Shown piece by piece: positions 60,494-64,000 of a DNA stretch of 64,000 bases (positions within the stretch are counted from its first letter, which is position 1; every line of letters begins with the position of its first letter). The position numbers and the translations under genes are program-made. The notes under the pieces are model-generated. The model saw nothing but the letters and a program-made list of their open reading frames with translations. It was not told the DNA's origin and searched no databases. The stretch is from Gammaproteobacteria bacterium. Its GTDB lineage: Bacteria; Pseudomonadota; Gammaproteobacteria; Ga0077536. The stretch is taken from positions 1,248,001 through 1,312,000 of the forward strand of contig CAXXLL010000003.1 in NCBI GenBank assembly GCA_963662545.2, read 5' to 3'.

Positions 60494-63135
60494 TTCAAGG
60501 TCCGCGAAACTACCTCATAACTGTCTTTTGACAAGCCCGAGGTATCGCGAATGCGTTCGAGCGCTCGCCGTGCGTGTTCCTGTCTCGCGTCATCGAATTT
60601 ACGCCAGCGATCAAAAGCGCGCGTAAGCCGCGCTGCCAGCTGCGCGTTGACGGCATCGAGTGCGATAACCTGATCGGCGGCGAACGCGTAGCCCGATCCG
60701 TCGGCCGTGTGGAAGCGCGCATGGTTACCGTGACAGAAAGCGCCAACGACCGCACGAATGCGATTGGGGTTAGTACCGTCGTAAGCGGGGTGCTGCATCA
60801 GGCGGCGCACTTCATCGAGCGTTCCCGGCAGCCGCGATCGCGCCTGCACGGAAAACCATTTGTCGATGACCAGCGTCTCGTCGCGCCACTTTTCGTAAAA
60901 CTCGGCCAGTGCTTCGATGCGCTCCGGACAGTCGTAATCCGCGAGAGTGCCCAGGGCTGCCATTGCATCGGTCATATTGTCCGCCGTATTGAGCTGCGCC
61001 AACGCCCGGGTCTGAATCTCGTGCGTTTCGAGTTCCATCAGGTAGGACAGACACTGGTTGCGCAGGCTGCGGCGGCCGGCTGACTCTGCGTCCGGACTGT
61101 ATTCGCCCGCGACGACGTACGCTGCATAGGCCGCCTCGAGTTCCGCTTCGAGACACCGCGCCAGGTGGCCGCGAAGCTTGGTCCGTACCGCGACTATCGC
61201 CTCCGGATCCACTTCCTCGAGTTGTTCGGCCAGATAATCGGCACCCGGCAGTGCCAGCGCTTCGGCCGTAAACGCCGGATCTTCGCCGCCGTCGGCCAAC
61301 ACCCGTGCGAAGGCGTCGACGAAGGCCTGGGGGATCTCCGGTTCACACTGCGAGCGGTAAGCCTCGATGCCACGCAACAGGACATCGAGTGCCAGGCGCT
61401 GGCCGGCTTCCCAGCGGTTAAAGGGATCGCTGTCGTGTGCCATCAAGTGAGCGAGTTCCGCATCGCTGTAATCGAAGCGCAAGATGACGGGCGCCGAAAA
61501 TCCGCGCAGCAACGACGGTACCGGAGGCTCCGGTATGTTGATGAACGTCAGGCGGGCTGTGTCATGGGTCAGGGTGAACACGCGCGTCGTGCCCTGCGCT
61601 TCCGTATCACCGGCCAGCTGCAGCGGCAGATCATGTCCCGCACGGTCGACGAGCCCGAGCGCGATGGGAATGTGGAACGGCGCTTTCTCATCCTGTCCCG
61701 GCGTGGGCGGGCAGGACTGTTCGAGTTCAAGCACGTATTGCTTTTCTACCGCGTCGTATTTACCGCGCGCGCTCACGACCGGTGTCCCACCCTGGTCATA
61801 CCACCGCTGAAATGGGCCGAGATTAACACCCGAGGCATCCTGCATCGCGCTCACAAATTCCTCGGTACGCACCGCCTCGCCGTCGTGCCGCTCGAAATAG
61901 AGATCCATACCCCGACGAAAACTTGCCGCGCCCAGCAGCGTGTGGATCATGCGCACTACCTCGGCGCCCTTGTTGTAGACGGTCGCGGTATAGAAATTGC
62001 TGATCTCGATATAGGCATCGGGACGTACCGGATGGGCCATGGGCCCGGCGTCTTCCGGGAACTGTCCGGCGCGCAGGCCGCGCACTTCCTGAATGCGTTG
62101 AACCGCCTCGGAGTAACGGTCGCCGCCATACTGCTGATCGCGGAACACGGTGAGACCTTCCTTGAGGCTGAGCTGAAACCAGTCGCGGCAGGTGACCCGG
62201 TTGCCGGTCCAATTGTGGAAGTATTCATGCGCGATCACACGGTCGAGCATCATGAAATCGAAGTCGGTCGCGGTGTCGGCGCGCGCCAGCACGTATTTCG
62301 TGTTGAAGATGTTGAGTCCCTTGTTCTCCATCGCGCCCATGTTGAAATCGCTGACTGCGACGATCATGTACTGGTCCAGATCGAGTTCCAGGCCGAAGAC
62401 GTCTTCGTCCCATTTCATCGCGGACTTGAGCGCATTCATGGCGAACGTGCATTGATCGAGCTTGCCCGGCTCGACATATACCAGGAGCTTGACCTGCCGG
62501 CCCGAAGCGGTAGCGAAGTCGTCCTCCAGACAGTCGAGGCGGGCCGCTACCATTGCGAACAGATAGCAAGGTTTCGGAAAGGGATCGACCCAGCGCGCCC
62601 AGTGCCGCCCGTCTTCGTCGTCGCCCTCGGTCTCGAGGTTGCCGTTGGAGAGTAGCAGCGGACAACTGTCCCGTTCGGCATGGATGGTGGTCGTATAACG
62701 TGACATTACATCGGGCCGGTCGATGAAAAACGTGATGCGGCGAAAGCCTTCCGCTTCGCATTGGGTAAAGTACCCGTCGCGTGAGGCGTAAAGGCCCATC
62801 AACTGGGTGTTCTCGTCCGGGCGGATAAGCACCTCGGTTTCAAAGATGAAGGCGTCCGGAACTTCGGCGATCCGTAGATATTCCCGGTTGAGATCATAGT
62901 CGGCCGCCTGCAGTCTACGGCCATCGATGGACACGGCGACGAGTTCGAGTTCTTCACCGTCCAGCGACAGCGGCGCACTTGCGTCCACGGCCTTGGGATT
63001 GCGCGACATCGCAAGCGAAGCCTTGACGACGGTGTGGTTTTCGCGGATATCGATGTCGAGATCGACGCTGGAGATCAGAAACGGCGGCGGTGTGTAGTCC
63101 CTGAGATAGACTGTGATCGGTGCCGGGTTCAGCAT
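60490..63135 (-). CDS. pepN: Aminopeptidase N
   Basis: TQCEAEGFRRIT, GAMENKGLN, HEYFHNWTGNRVTCRDWFQLSLKEG, NPNR. Confidence 0.97.
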   Translation of the reverse strand: MLNPAPITVYLRDYTPPPFLISSVDLDIDIRENHTVVKASLAMSRNPKAVDASAPLSLDGEELELVAVSIDGRRLQAADYDLNREYLRIAEVPDAFIFETEVLIRPDENTQLMGLYASRDGYFTQCEAEGFRRITFFIDRPDVMSRYTTTIHAERDSCPLLLSNGNLETEGDDEDGRHWARWVDPFPKPCYLFAMVAARLDCLEDDFATASGRQVKLLVYVEPGKLDQCTFAMNALKSAMKWDEDVFGLELDLDQYMIVAVSDFNMGAMENKGLNIFNTKYVLARADTATDFDFMMLDRVIAHEYFHNWTGNRVTCRDWFQLSLKEGLTVFRDQQYGGDRYSEAVQRIQEVRGLRAGQFPEDAGPMAHPVRPDAYIEISNFYTATVYNKGAEVVRMIHTLLGAASFRRGMDLYFERHDGEAVRTEEFVSAMQDASGVNLGPFQRWYDQGGTPVVSARGKYDAVEKQYVLELEQSCPPTPGQDEKAPFHIPIALGLVDRAGHDLPLQLAGDTEAQGTTRVFTLTHDTARLTFINIPEPPVPSLLRGFSAPVILRFDYSDAELAHLMAHDSDPFNRWEAGQRLALDVLLRGIEAYRSQCEPEIPQAFVDAFARVLADGGEDPAFTAEALALPGADYLAEQLEEVDPEAIVAVRTKLRGHLARCLEAELEAAYAAYVVAGEYSPDAESAGRRSLRNQCLSYLMELETHEIQTRALAQLNTADNMTDAMAALGTLADYDCPERIEALAEFYEKWRDETLVIDKWFSVQARSRLPGTLDEVRRLMQHPAYDGTNPNRIRAVVGAFCHGNHARFHTADGSGYAFAADQVIALDAVNAQLAARLTRAFDRWRKFDDARQEHARRALERIRDTSGLSKDSYEVVSRTLN

Positions 63136-63245
63136 GCGGCCTATTCTATGCGCAAAGCACGCTGGTCCAGGAATGATTGTTCAACGCATCGCCCGCAAGC
63201 GGGTTTCTACGACAGCCTTTGTCGTGTTGGCGAGCTCTTAGGTCA

Positions 63246-63833
63246 TTAGCAATCCTTGCATGCGCCGCGTCCCGCGCGCTTGGCGTAATCGACAACACTG
63301 CCGCGGCGATCGACTTCAATCTCGCAACAACCCAGCAGCGCCTGCTTGAGCCTGGTGCGGCCACGCTGTACGCGTGTTTTCATCGTGGAAGAAGACAAGC
63401 CCAGGCGTGCGGCCGCCGCGGTTTGCGTCAAACCTCCGATTTCGGTCAGCAACAAGGCCTCGCGATACTTTTCGGGCAGCTCACGAATAAACGGGATCAG
63501 GCATTGAGCCAGTTCGGCATGTGATTCGTCGCCGGCCTCAGCGGCCGCGTCTGAATCTATTGGATCGTCGGTGACGCGGGCGAGCATGCGGCGCTCTGCG
63601 GAATGCCGCCGGTAATGATCCGTAATGGCGTTGGTCGCTACGCGCATGATCCACGCCAGGGGTTTGCGTGCGCGTTCCAGATCTCCTCGATGCTGAACCA
63701 GGCGAAGGAGGATATCGCCGACGACATCGTCAGCCGACGAGGTGTCGACGCGTGCGCTAACGTAGGCGCGTAGCCGCGGCTCGAACGCCTGCCAGGGATC
63801 GTCATCGTCAGCCGGGACGGTTCTCACGATCAA
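63246..63833 (-). CDS. ECF sigma factor, SigZ-like
   Basis: AWIMRVATNAITDHYRR, LPEKYREAL, KTRVQRGR..LKQALLGCC. Confidence 0.85.
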   Translation of the reverse strand: MIVRTVPADDDDPWQAFEPRLRAYVSARVDTSSADDVVGDILLRLVQHRGDLERARKPLAWIMRVATNAITDHYRRHSAERRMLARVTDDPIDSDAAAEAGDESHAELAQCLIPFIRELPEKYREALLLTEIGGLTQTAAAARLGLSSSTMKTRVQRGRTRLKQALLGCCEIEVDRRGSVVDYAKRAGRGACKDC

Positions 63834-63836
63834 TCC

Positions 63837-64000
63837 TCAGGAACAACAGACACCTTGTGCGCGGTCGGATCCGCCTGCCTGTTCTGCTCGCGCGGCCGGG
63901 CGTTCTTCGATCGGATCGTCGTCGGTGATCCGGTACCACTCCCAGCGCAGCCCCTGCGGCTCATGCGACCAGACTTTGTCCTGTGTCGCGTAGCAGCAGG
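63837..64000 (-). CDS. ArsI/CadI family glyoxalase-fold protein (3' part only)
   Basis: Manual minus-strand translation: CCYATQDKVWSHEPQGLRWEWY...GVCCS-stop; CCYAxQDKxW is the family motif. Confidence 0.8.
   Translation of the reverse strand, partial: CCYATQDKVWSHEPQGLRWEWYRITDDDPIEERPAARAEQAGGSDRAQGVCCS

Noticed and set aside
61165-62655. Long antisense ORFs (also 665-1456, 4702-5673, 48885-49961)
   Set aside because: They are shadows of well-supported genes in GC-rich DNA and have no domain motifs.

Overview
A GC-rich bacterial chromosomal window, probably from a gammaproteobacterium (inferred from pepN, yggX, yggU and uspE-like genes). It is densely packed with redox and detoxification genes: three LLM oxidoreductases, three stand-alone Mo-bisPGD oxidoreductases, three GST-fold proteins, VOC proteins, RidA and a Ddn-like reductase, plus dinB, moaA and pepN. 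Mobile DNA comprises one intact IS1182 element with a GGTC target duplication, two IS1182-type MITEs, two IS5-type MITEs, GTAG-type REPs and a family of covarying double-hairpin repeats. The most interesting region is 29.6-43.5 kb. (i) A protein with a Tat-like/WxxPxI leader carries about 34 His-x-Asp motifs. It has a putative sigma54 promoter and a homopolymer frameshift, and is bracketed by outward-facing copies of an unrecognised repeat. (ii) A DUF692 (MNIO)/DUF2063 RiPP cluster has a Tat-exported 12-Cys repeat precursor. (iii) A CCAEP-tail radical SAM / YggX / IscA / ATP-grasp / MoaA cluster has unknown output. Further right is a PspA-membrane protein-VWA operon divergent from a two-component system. 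Several short tandem duplications may be assembly artefacts. All calls come from motif recognition by eye; no database searches were run.
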